Below are positions 35,401 through 48,500 of a DNA stretch of 64,000 bases, one piece after another. Source of the stretch: Pavona decussata (taxonomy: Eukaryota); assembly GCA_977016875.1 (NCBI GenBank), contig CDRNST010000112.1, forward strand, positions 1,240,001 to 1,304,000, given 5' to 3'. A program made the position numbers and the translations under genes. The notes beneath the pieces were generated by a model. The model saw only the letters and a list, made by a program, of their open reading frames with translations. It was not told the origin of the DNA and ran no database searches. The stretch's first letter is position 1, and the number at the start of each line of letters is the position of its first letter.

Positions 35401-38400
35401 AAATCACATGCAGGTACCTTCACTAGATCAGACACCACAAAGAGCTTGAACTTGCCCCCATCCACGTAGGCTGAAGCGATAACAGGTGCGTAGAAATCCT
35501 TCACAAAATAATGAAGCATCTAAAGAAATAATACAAAAACTCTCCGTATTGGTAAACGTAAAGAATACCATGGATGCTTGACGGCGTCAATGGACATCAA
35601 CTGCCAATGGCTGATTATGATTGTTGCTTGAAGACACGGGCTTTTTCAAAAAGGATATACCAGATATGACCTTTTGGCGGTCATCATTCGACTGATAATA
35701 TGAGTTATTCAGGAGTACATGTATATAGCACTTTTTGTTATACGAATACACTCTTTTTTTGATAAGAACGTCTAATTTTGCGGCTAAGGCTGAACGTTCT
35801 TATTATTTTTGGCAAATTTTGAGCCTGAAAAGTTCTTAAGATGTTCTTAAGCTATCTGTTATAGTATAGTATATAGTAAATCTATGCGGACGTGACCAAG
35901 ACACCTATTATTTGGGGTAATTGGACAATATAGACTGAATTTTTACCTGTATTATGTTATCCGTATTTATACCGTTCATTTGAAAAACATTTGAGAAAGT
36001 GACGCGAGTTTTACCATCCAATCACAGAGTGTTGTGAAGCAAAGCCAAAATGAACAGGAAAACATTTTCTACACTCAATTAAAGCTACATGGCATCCAAA
36101 ATGAAAAACAGGAAAACATTCTCTACACTCAATTAAAACTACATGGCATCCAAAATGGACTTACACTTTGTTAATTTATTATGATGTTATTGCCGTTATC
36201 AGCACTGGTAATAATAATTAATAATAATTAATATTTGTATGGCGCAAATTAGCATGTGTATATGATCAAATGCGCCTAACAAATTGTATATGTAAAAAAT
36301 AGAAAATAATTAATTAAAAATAGTTATTTACAATTCTTACAGTCCTTACATCGTATTGTAAGCAACTCTAAATAAAAATGTCTTCAATTTGGACTTAAAA
36401 CGTGTAAGATTATCCTCGTCCCTTATTGCGCTCGGCAGTTTATTCCACAGTGATGGTGCAGCAGCAGTAAAAGCCCTGTCACCGAGTATCTTCTTCGTTT
36501 TCGTGGATGGTGGTACTAACAAAAGTTCAGAATTTGAGCAAAGACCATACGTGGAAAAATTCCTAACATTAACGAGATTACAAATGTAATCAGGTGCTTG
36601 GCCATGTATGGCTTTGGTAATGATTGTAAGAAATGGCACCCTGATTCAGTTATACGTATAATTTCACGAGATATACCTTCCATCGGCCTCCATATTCCAG
36701 TGAGGACCACGTGGGCGCCTGCCAAATGCTATTCAACCTAAACGCAGTTCAACAAGACGAAAGACACAATCAGCTCTGACACGGAACGGCCGAGATGTAC
36801 GACTAATTTAGTATTCATTAGTTAGGTTTTTAAGCTGGGCTGGCCTTGATTTTAAGAGGTAGCCTGAGCATCAGGGTTTTCAGAGGGGGGAGGACTAGGG
36901 CTGCCCCCTCCCCCCTCTCCTTACGAAGGCCTGATACTCAAGTTATTTAAAAGATGGCGGATCAACATTGATTTGCCCAGTTCATCAAACACTCAGTGGT
37001 CCCCTCCATTTTGGATAAACGGTATCTACTTTAAATTTCTTGATGAAATCTTAGTAGTTTTTATTCCGTTTCATCCTTTTTTGTATATAGTTTGTTCTGG
37101 CCAATACCAATCTGGTACCAAATATGGCCGGGTTTGTCAGGAGATCTCAAGAATCCAACGTTTAAAGAGTCCTGTTAGGGTATTCGGGATAACAGAATTC
37201 TCGCAACAAAATTTTAGGGATAAGGGTTAGATAAAGACACCCTGTTAGAGCTCTCACAGATGAAGGATAAACATCACAAAATTATTGGTAAAGATCAGAA
37301 GAGTGAGTAATTGTAGGGATGAGATAATTCATAGATATACAGTAACTAGTTTTAGGGCTAACTCTGACTTTTATAGTTTAAGGGATAACAGCTTTGGCAA
37401 TTTAAGGGGTGAGGAATAACGCCGGCGTTTCAAAGAATTGTATGGACTCCTGTGCCTGCGCCTATCGCGAAAATCAGACCTAAAGCCGCAATGAAACCGT
37501 TCGGTGGCTCATAGGGAGAGAACACTTGCCAGAGTCCAAACCACTTGCCAGAATCAAAAACACTTCCCAGAATCCTAAACGCTTCCCAGAGTCCAAAACA
37601 CTTCCCAGAATCCTAAACGCTTCCCAGAGTCCTACCCAGAATCCTAAACGCTTCCCAGATTCCAAAACACTTCCCAGAATCCTAAACGCTTCCCAGAGTC
37701 CTAAACGCTTCCCAGAGTCCAAAACACTTCCCAGAATCCTAAACGCTTCCAAGAGTTCTTCCCAGAATCCTGAACACTTCCCAAAGGCCAAAACACTTCC
37801 CAGAATCCTAAACGCTTCCCAGAGACCTTCCCAGAGTCCTGAACGCTTCCCAGAGTCCAAAACACTTCCCAGAATCCTAAACGCTTCCCAGAGTCCTTCC
37901 CAGAACCCTAAACGCTTCAAAGAGTCCAAAACGCTTCCCAGAGTCCTTCCCAGAATCCCAAACGCTTCCCGGAGTCCAAAACGCTTCCCAGAATCCAGAA
38001 ACAATAGCCGAGTCAGAAAGAATCTTACCAATGCAATAGTACTGTGTATGTTATATTAAACAAGTTGTTCCAGTTTGCGAAAGGTATCCAACGTACTCTA
38101 TTTTGTTACTGCCTGTGGCACTTAAATCGACTGCACTGTACTTGTGGGCGGATTCAACAGACAATATCGCATGCAGAGTTATGTTAAGATCTGTTAATCA
38201 AGCCCGTGGTTGTTTATACATTATCTAGCTGCTTGAAATAATGACTGCAATGTAAGCAACGGATTCCAAGCCAGAATTAAAAAAAATGTTATTTTTTGTT
38301 CCTTGTTAAAAACATTTTCAAGACAAAAACAACTACGACGTTTCGACGTTGAACTAACGTCATTTTCAAGTCAAATAGCGCTGATTATAATGTATAAATA

Positions 38401-41400
38401 CTAAAATAGACAATACTTAATTAAAAACGAATAAAAGTGTTAAGAATGTTCCTTTTTCTGTTGGTTAATTATTTTGTTACAACAAACCCCAACCCGACCT
38501 CTATTCAGGGGACACTTACCCTGGTCCCGAGGGTCTCCTCTGAATGGACGCTACTGTGTATCATATTTCGCATAATTATGCATTTAGGGCATTTACCCTC
38601 CGGTACCTGTGAATTGCACTATCTAACATCGCTCGCTCAATCAATTTCCAAATCGTCTGCTCTTCAAATATCGCCAAGGAGAGGCAAAGGTATGTTTACT
38701 CGTCTTATTAAACATGGAAGAGGTATCCGTGCTTGCATTTTACGCCGAAGATTGCGTGCTTACGTGCTTGCATGATTACGTGCTTGCAGGTTACGCCGAA
38801 GATCTTCGGCGTGGGTTCCAAATCGCCCGGCTTGTTTTTAGTTGCGTAATCCCAGAGGTAGTCTGGCGTAGACGCTGACGTGAAGAAAAATTACCTTGGC
38901 TTTTGAAAACTTATGCCTTTCAAATGAACTGTTGTTATCCAAAATATTCAGGATTTCTCTCTCCCAGAGTAGAGTTTAGGGTCAGTGCAGAGTACAGCTC
39001 AGGAAGGGGCGCCAGCCTCGACCCGTTTACCCCCAGACTCTGTATAGCACCCTGGGTCTTAAATAGTTTTAATTTTTTCTTGCTCGCTGGCACAACCCAG
39101 TAACCTGTACCTAGTAACGAGTTGTCTGTATAGAGAGGGTGTCCTTCGGTAGAGGTTCGACCACATACCCGTGACAAACAATCTGTAAACAAGATGCGAA
39201 GCTGTGAAGGATGTTTATTCAAGGTGCAGTTAATCCTGACGAAATAATTACGAATGTTGACAAAAGCTAATTTATGTGGGTAATTCAAGAACTCTTTGAC
39301 CTGATTCCTTGAAAAAGATCACTGCCCTTCGAAACCGACGAATACTAAATGCAATGCAACCAAATAACGTTTAGCCTGTGAACTGGCTCCCTAGTGGGGT
39401 ATATTAATGCGAAAAGAAAAATCGGCGAGCCTACGATATGTTGTAGCATATTTGCATAAATTTTACGAGTTTGCGTGTTTCTCAGCGAAAAACAAAGGAA
39501 GCCGCACACATACAATCACGCGATTGAGGACTGATTATTGAAAAATCCATCAAATTCTTTTCTTGGACTAACACAAAAAAAAATCATAAAATTAATGAAT
39601 TATTACTCTCGACAAATTACTCTCGACTCTCGACAAATCACTCTCGACTCTCGACAAATCACTCTCGACTCTCGACATATACGTCTCGACTCTCGACATG
39701 TTACTCTCGACTCTCGACAATTACCTATATTCAAATTTGAGTAATTTTTTCACATGGAAGGCGTTTTAAAATCGATAATGACGGTGACAGAATATCAAGT
39801 TAACCATTTCAAATGTCATGTTATACTACTGCCTGTTATAAATCACTCACCTGCGATCTGACGCGCGAAGAATTAGTTTTTGGAAAACGTCGAATGGGGA
39901 ACGGGAACGGGAATGGGGAATCTTTAAAACGAAAAATCGTTAAAAGCGGGAATCTCAGTTTAAAATCTTTAAACTAGGGAATCTTAAACACGGGAAATCT
40001 TTGAAAGAGGAAATCTTTAAAATAGGAAATCTTAAACGGAGAATCTCAGGAGTTCAGAAAAGGCGGGAATCCTAAAATGAGAATCTTTTAAAGCTGGAAT
40101 CTTGTAAATGGTGATTCTTTAAAAGCGGGTTACTGGTCTATCTGTTTTCGTTGATATATTTGTCGCCCCAGTGTAACCTGAGTATCAGGCCTTCCTAAGG
40201 GGAGGGGGGTGTGATACTCACGCTACCCCAGCGAGAATCTGCAGTGACCGGAAACCAGTCATTCCGAAATGTAACACCAGAAAACTTTCGAAAATTTAAG
40301 GTGGCTCTGGACCCCTCCGGTAGAATTTTTTTGAACTTTGCAAAAAATTGTATCTAAACATGCGGACTGCAGTTCCATAATGAAAATGGTTGGTCATCGA
40401 GCTCGTTTTTTTGTTATAACCACTTCAAGGTAAACTAAATGCTTTTTTTAACAGGTCACACTGTTGCAATGGTAACCTATGATGTCAAGAAGATGATCAT
40501 AACTTGTTCACAAATGTTTATACTTGTTTTTGATACCATTAATTGTTGTATCAAGTGATAAAGAATGGTTCTATTAATCTGTCAAAGTATATGTGCTGCA
40601 AAGTGATGGAAACCAGTGCCAGCCGCCTTAACATAAAAATATGATTAACTTGATATTCTATCACATTCGGACCAACTAAATAATATTCCTCTTTTGTCCG
40701 TTTAAGAGTACAAATTTAAGGTATCGTTTTGCAGTTGTGATGACCACAGATCTCCCGAACATTCAATTTTGTCTTCATCTTCAATATACTCCGTCGTTTT
40801 AGTTCTTTCAAGCCACAGAGACCATAGGTCATTTCCAGTTCGTTAATTTAATTTTTTTTGTTTCAATCATTTCTGTCTAGTTGTTACGATAGATTATAAA
40901 TGTTATCATTCGATGCATGTTTTTCTTCCTTTTCATTGGCCGAGAGCAAACCACGTGACCTGCAAATAACTGCCTACAATAATGATCTGCTTATGCGCAA
41001 TACTGTCCAACTGTGTTTTGCTGCGAATAATATTCTGTTCATGCGTAATTGCAACCACGCTCTTGTGTAAAAATGGCAGATCGCTTCCCTGAACTATCAG
41101 AGAGAAAATAATTATGAAAGACAAACTCGGTGATTGAATGATAAAACAATTATTGAACTCGGTTATCGCCAAACATAGTGATTTGCCAGTGTCACGCAGA
41201 TCAATTATTTGCCTCAGCCTTCGGCTTCGGCAAATAATTGATCTGCTCGCCACTGACAAATCACGATATTTTGCTCAACCTCGTCCAATATTTGTTAATT
41301 ATTTGCGAAGCTTAATTTCAGCAAAAATTAGTACAATGTGCAGCAATCAGCTTTTATTACAGAATCCTTGGACAGCAAGGATTATAGGAACCTCTGCTGG

Positions 41401-44400
41401 CTTGATGCGTTTGTCGCCTTAGCTTTTGGTACCACATATTGCTTTTTTTTTTTTTTTTTTTTTTTTTTTGCTAAGCAAGAAATTCAACCACTCTTAGTCC
41501 TGACAGCCAAGAGTCAAGCTAGAGAAGAGTATTTTCGTATTGTGAGCTTGGTTTGCCTGTGGCGCGTATACAAGAGAAATACATACTTGCGTCTGTGTTC
41601 CGATAATCAGTTCTGTATGTGTTAAACACAGAATTTTTTTGGTTCAACAGATTGAATATGGCAGTTTACCTTCTGAGGCTTCACACATCAATCTCCAGAC
41701 TTCCTAAATTGTGTTTCCATGTGAGCCGAAAACAGCCTTTGGCAGGAAACATTTGCTTATTTTCAACACAAGCAAGCACCAAACCAGCCATCTTTCAGAG
41801 GATACCCAAGGAGGAACTAGTGCCTAAAATCAAGTCAAGACTTAAAGACAGACCATATATGGTAGGCTCAACTGGCCAAGGTTTCCCAGAGTTCCTTGGA
41901 GAGCCCACAGAGTCATTCCCACATGGGGTGTTTGTTAACAATCCTCACCAGGCCTCTCTCGCTGAGCTGACTGCAAAATGTATGGAATATGTGGAGGAAA
42001 ACCTTACAGATAATCCTGCCATATTATTCCGCAATCTCCCAGCTCAAACTGCGCAGGATTTTTCCATCATTGCTCAGGGAATGCCGTGGAAAACTATGGA
42101 TTCTAAAGGCGCCATAAACTACCGCTCAAATGTTGACAAGAATGCAGGCACATACACGGCGAGTGACGAACCTCCTCACATCACTATAGACCCACATAAC
42201 GAATTCGCTTACAATGACGTCTTCCCATCCAAGGTAAGAAGTGTATTCCGTGTCTATAGTGTTCCACATGTTGGCTTCAATGTCGAACTGTTTCCCCTAA
42301 GTTTGTTTCTGTCTTACATTAATCATAAATCAGGGCTCAGTTGTTCAAACCCCAATTTGACTAATCCTGGGTTAACGTGAACTTTGATTCTCGTTTAATT
42401 ACTATTCAATAACGATTTTTTCAAATGATTTTTTATCCCTCACTTTTGTTATTATGCTGTCACTTTTTCACTTTTGTTAGCTTCATTTAGCTTGCGACAC
42501 ATTTTTAATGAGCGAGTTGAAAACCTCGGTTTACCTTTAATCGTGGACTATTGGGCCCCAGAAGGAACAATTTTCAATCAGAGACATTTTTTTCCGGAAG
42601 GGAGGAGGAACTCCTTATAGTGAAAGAGATTAAGGTATGACTTACAACAAATACGCCCATGCAATTAAAGCGATGCTCAGTAGAATACCTGGTTGTAACG
42701 TAATCATTAACCGCGTGGTACCTTGTGAATTAGCGGAGAAATTCCGTCGGAGACGTTGAAGGGTTTAATGACTATGGCAGATCATAAAGGAGTGAAAACA
42801 AAAACTACAACTTTATAAAACAAATTAGAACTTTTAGCTTTTCAAAGTGTCACTTAAACAGCCGACACACTCCTTTGAAATTTCACATTCAAACCCTCTC
42901 ATCGCTAACAGAATCCATTTCTAGGTGCTAATTAGTACTCGTCACCCTCCCCACCCCACAGATTTTCTTTTTCTGCGTCCAAGAGCCTGCTGACGGCTGC
43001 GGCGGTGAAACAGCTATTGTTAAAAACAGTGACGTTCTCTCCGCACTGGATCCCGACATTGTCCAGAAATTTGAAGAAAAACAAGTGCGATACGTGAGAT
43101 ACTACCCTCACAAGTCCAATGGAGAGTATCTGAACTGGCAGTTTGTATATCAAACGGACGACAGAGAGGTGAGTACAAGCTGCAAGACACTCGCTTTTTT
43201 GTGTTCTTAAAACTCGCGGAAGGACGAACTAATCAGCAAACAACGGCGCTCTCAATGAGGTAGAGGCATTTACGGTTAATCTCTCCCCTACGGTTAACAG
43301 ACATCTGAAAAAAAAAGTCAATTGCTGTATTGAAAGTTCAAAATAAGTTTCCATTGTTGAAAAACACATTTTTAAAGTCTACAGGTCTCTAACGACCTTT
43401 CCCGGATGGAAAAAAAAAATGGTTGAAATATGGTACATCAGCCACTAGACAAGACACAAAACGTCCTAACAAGCGATCTTGACAATCTCTAAAACGCAAA
43501 TTGTGGATAGGGATTTTTTTTCACGACCAACAGTTAAAATTGTCCATTTTTTGCGCCCAACGACTAAAATTTTTGGTCATTTTACGACTAACGATTAACC
43601 TCATTGAGTCCCTCAATAACGTGAATAATCAAGAAGTGCCAAAAGCGTGGACTCTCGCTCGCAAGCCTTGCACACTCTCAACATTCGTACTGGTTGCATA
43701 CCATTTGCTTTAAAACCGCGCGTTCACACGCTAACCCCACTTACTTATACCTACAAATAAACTAGGTAGGCACTTGAAGCTCTTGCCTTACGTAAATGCT
43801 GGTTTCCTTAATTTTAAGTTTTTTTTTCCTCCACTATCAGTATATCATCATAAAGGACTTACCCACAAAGGTTTCTACTCAGATTGAAAACGCGAGCGTT
43901 CTTACAATGACCTATAACAGGTCACAATGCGCTTAAATTTACCTACACCGGCCTACAATTGAGTTACAGTGAGCTACAACGAGCTACAGTTGTCATCAGC
44001 TACCTCCAGTGTGCCCCGGGCAATGAGCATTATTCCAATACTTCGCATATGTAAGTTGTCACCCAATTACCTTCAGCCTCCCTCCCCTCCCCTCCCATCC
44101 CCAAAATTTAATCTATACGTTATTACTTGTGTCTGGAGAGATAACATGCATGAAGCAGTATCATCAAAACTATAACCTCAAAGTTACTGGAAACTTTTTG
44201 TGAGTGTTTTATTGCATTCCATAATCAGGCGAATCCATTCGAGAAAAAAACCAGATTGTGTTCGATTGAATGAGATCGACCATATCGTAAATTAAATGTA
44301 TGTTTATTTTATTATCGGATTGACATGTACATTTTTGTTTTGTAGGTTGTGGAAAAACAAGCCAGGGAACAAGGCACTAACCTCACATGGGACCCAAGTG

Positions 44401-45503
44401 GAGATTTGTACACCTGGCAAAACAAGCACCCCTGCATATATCACCCGATAACAGGAAAGAAGACATGGTTTAACCAGATAGCAACACATCATGGCTCGTA
44501 TTACCGGTTACTGCCAGGAAAAGCAGAGATTCCAGAAACTAAACTGGCCGGTAACACTCGCTACGGCGATGGCAGCGTAATCGAGCCCGAGGTAATCCAA
44601 CACATACTGACCAGCGGGTGGTCATGCGCAGTGGGGTTCAAGTGGAGGAAGGGCGATTTGTTAGTGTTGGATAAGCTAGCTGTTCAGCATGCGAGAATTA
44701 GCTATAAAGGCGACAGAGAGATCGTAGTTTGTTTGACTTCTTAACACCAATAAAGTTTCAGTTCAGGACTTCTCAAGCAATGCGTAGAAGTCCATGCAAA
44801 GACGTATTCAGTAGACATATTTGGATTTTAATTATAATAAAACCTTTATCGCACGGCGGCCATGTTGAGTCTCAGGAGAATAAAAAGCTTTGTTCTGCAC
44901 GGCAATCCTCGCACTGAATTCGCGTCTGGCCGAGGCTTGCTGTGCGAAAACAAACTCTTTATTCCCCCAAGACTCAACATGGCCGCTGAGTGATAAGGGT
45001 CTATCGTTGCCTTTGCAGTGATGCCTAGGAGCCTTATGGTCGGCACACATGAGGGGAAATGTCCCCAGTACTATTCCCTCAGACAAATCCCTTGCGTGTT
45101 TACACGGGGGAACTGGTTCCAGGGATTAGACGTTTTGACAAAAATGGGACAAGTGAAGTGTTCACGTGAGGGGACTGGTTACACTCTTTTCTTTTTATAA
45201 GAATATTGTTTTTCCGGCCCAGGATGAATTTTCTTATTTTTCTGCCGATGTTAGGCTGCAAAATATTCTTGTGAATATTCTTAGATTACATTTATATCCA
45301 TGTCCTTTGTGCTGTGTACCATCATATGTATTACATGTACCGTTCATCGAACTGTCAGTAGCATCGAACATTTGGCTAGTGCAGGTTGTTTTATCCTTTT
45401 CTTGGCTAGTTTCAGTAGTTTTGCCGTTAAGAGAAAGGAAGAATTTTATACGTTCTAGTTAAAAACATATAATTGTATTGTATTTACAATTATTCAACAC
45501 AAA

Positions 45504-45537
<34 letters not shown>

Positions 45538-48500
45538 CTTATTCTTAAAATATTCTTAAATTTCGCAAATTTCAAGTTCAGAACGAGAAAGAAGAATTAA
45601 TCATCATGCGTTCACGTTGTTCATAAAACCTTGAATGTGGTCAATCCACGTTGTTGTTTTGCAGAGGACGACAAAGAAAGTTTAAAACGCACGTGCAAGG
45701 ACAGTGTTGTTTCCTGACGTTCTCGCTGCCGTCGCTGTCGTTGCTTTTAAGTTCCATAATGTTAGGGCGCCACGCNNNNNNNNNNNNNNNNNNNNNNNNN
45801 NNNNNNNNNNNNNNNNNNNNNNNNNNNNNNNNNNNNNNNNNNNNNNNNNNNNNNNNNNNNNNNNNNNNNNNNNNNNNNNNNNNNNNNNNNNNNNNNNNNN
45901 NNNNNNNNNNNNNNNNNNNNNNNNNNNNNNNNNNNNNNNNNNNNNNNNNNNNNNNNNNNNNNNNNNNNNNNNNNNNNNNNNNNNNNNNNNNNNNNNNNNN
46001 NNNNNNNNNNNNNNNNNNNNNNNNNNNNNNNNNNNNNNNNNNNNNNNNNNNNNNNNNNNNNNNNNNNNNNNNNNNNNNNNNNNNNNNNNNNNNNNNNNNN
46101 NNNACGGAATCCTTATCACTAAAAAGTGGTCTTCTGAAGAGCCGTGCGCATTAAACCTAGTGCTAAAAAGCTAAGGCATTAAAATTAATGAACACAATTG
46201 AAAAATCCTATAATAGGTGCTAAAACTAAGTTAGAGAAATTCTAAAATGCAATAGCGGAATAGAAACTATTTAAAGTAGTGGCCTGCTTAGCCTCCGCTG
46301 ACAGACTGTTCCATGTTACTGCGCCCCTATAACGAAAACTTTTCTTGAGGGCCTCAGTGTTCGGTCACGGAATAAACAAGTTATGTTGTGCACCTCGCAG
46401 ATTATGTCTATGGATGGTATTAACGCTAGCGAATTTATCAGACAGGTATTCGGGTACGAGGTTATTTACAGTTTTGAACATTAAAGATTTCAGTTGTTTT
46501 GCACGTCTGTCAGCGAGGCTATTCCATTTTTAAATGCTCTTAAAAGAGCATGTCCGATAACAAACAAAATTCTGTTTTTTCATCAAGTTCAGGCTGATTG
46601 TTCTTGTGAAGGCTACTTCGGTTTCTCGACATTCCCCCCTTGACCAACTCACTGTTGGTGAATCAGTTTCCTAATCATGTCATCAGTGGCTGATGCTGCT
46701 CGTCTCGGGGATCTTGAATTTTCCAGAGGAAGGTCGGGCTGCTGGACAACTCCAACTTCCTTCTCAGGTGAGTCTCGGTTTCCTGCGCTTACTTCTAGTG
46801 GGAACAGCTTTAAGATACATTAGGTCTCCGCAAGATTAGGAGCTTTCCTTTCTTGCTTGCCACTCGCAGCACAGCACCTCGTTTGAACCATCTCTGCCCT
46901 CGATCAACTCAGTGATCTCCCCTAATCTCCGACTGCTGCTCGCTAGGCTGTCATCGTGAATCAGAACTACGTCTCCAGTCTCTACCACCTTGTTCTGACC
47001 TCCTTTACCACCGCAAGTAGTCCTACGAGGTACTCTTTGGACCAACGTTTCCAGAATTGTGTGAGGAGTTTGTCGAGGTGCTGTTTAAGGTTTTCGTCTT
47101 CAAGGATCCTCAGGATACTCGATTCACTGATTTCTTCGGCTGTCGCAGCCATCTCTTTACTATGTGGTTCTTTTCTCTCATTCTTCGCCGACTGCAGATT
47201 TCTAATGAACTCTAGGATAAGTGCCGTTATTCTGAATAGTTTCGTGGCATTGCTGAACCGTTCACAGTAGAGGACTTTAGCCAGCTTTACAGGCTTGATA
47301 GGCGTAGGCTCTTAAATCATGTTCACTGTGGTAGTTTCATGTGCGATATTCTCTGGACTCCGTTCCATTACTTTGAATTCTCTTGTACACTCTTCAGTCT
47401 GATCCTCTTCATTAGAATAAGTTTCAAGTTTCGAGTAGTTCTTAGGCGGGCCTTTTAACCTGACAGAACTTTCCCACCACAGGCTGCTATGCACGAGTTC
47501 TGACGCTAGCCACCCTCTCGAGCCAACTTCAACAGGATTCTCAATTCCATCGGTCAACTTGTGAATCTCGTCCATCCTGTTCTGAACGAACTGTTTGTAT
47601 TCTTTGTTGGCCCGGATCCAGTAAAACACTGTGATGCTGTCGGTCCAACAGAAAACTTCTTCGATGGTTATCACCTGGGAAAAGGCTTCTCGTACGGCTG
47701 AGTTCAAACGTGCCAGGATCAGGGCGGCAAGCAGTTCAAGTCATGAGCGATGACGGCGTGACTCTAGTCTTGGACGCTACGAGGCTGGTCCTGTATCCGT
47801 CTTCGATACGACATTGGAGTTTCGCAATGCAATATTAGAGTTTCACAAAGCGACACGATAATGAAGTTTTACGATGCGTCATCGGAGTTTTAGGACGCGA
47901 TATCGGAGTTTCACAATGCGACATCGGACTTCACAATGCGACATTGGAGTTTCACGATACGACATCGGAGCTTCACGAAGCGACATTGGAGAAAAACTTC
48001 TCCGATGCGTGATCGGAGTTTTACGATGCGATATCGGAGTTTCACAATTCGACATTGGACTTTACAATGCGACATTGGAGTTTTACGATGCGACATTGGC
48101 GGTTAACAATGCGACATTGTTTTATCCAAGCATCATTTCTGTAACACGTTTTCAATTCAAAGGTTGCTCAGCAAGTTTGACTGAGTTTCCGACCGGTGTG
48201 GAGAAGGTCATGGGTTTTGAATGTAGTTAAGTGATAAATAATAAAGCTCCACGTTTTTCAACTTTCTCGTAACACTTGTGATTGCGCTCCTGTTTTACGG
48301 ACCTAATTATAAATTTGCATTATAATGCACGACTTACTGCCAGTAGATTGTCCCCATAGTCCTTCCTTGGCCCTATCAAGAGCAGCAGGTGTATGTTAAT
48401 ACTTTAACTTGCGGATTTCACAATTACACCTCGCTCAATGTGTGGTGGCACATTTTTAAGCCGCCGTTACACGTTGAAACTTTTAGCTGAAACTTGTGTG

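Noticed and set aside
37480-38059. 177-aa and 183-aa ORFs on both strands
   Set aside because: Products of a stop-poor minisatellite; no splice or domain support.
45651-46174. ORFs spanning the N run
   Set aside because: Artefacts of translating the assembly gap.
47807-48118. CRISPR-like periodic array (also 39604-39721 and 37522-37997)
   Set aside because: Units are contiguous degenerate repeats with no unique spacers and no cas genes; the context is eukaryotic.
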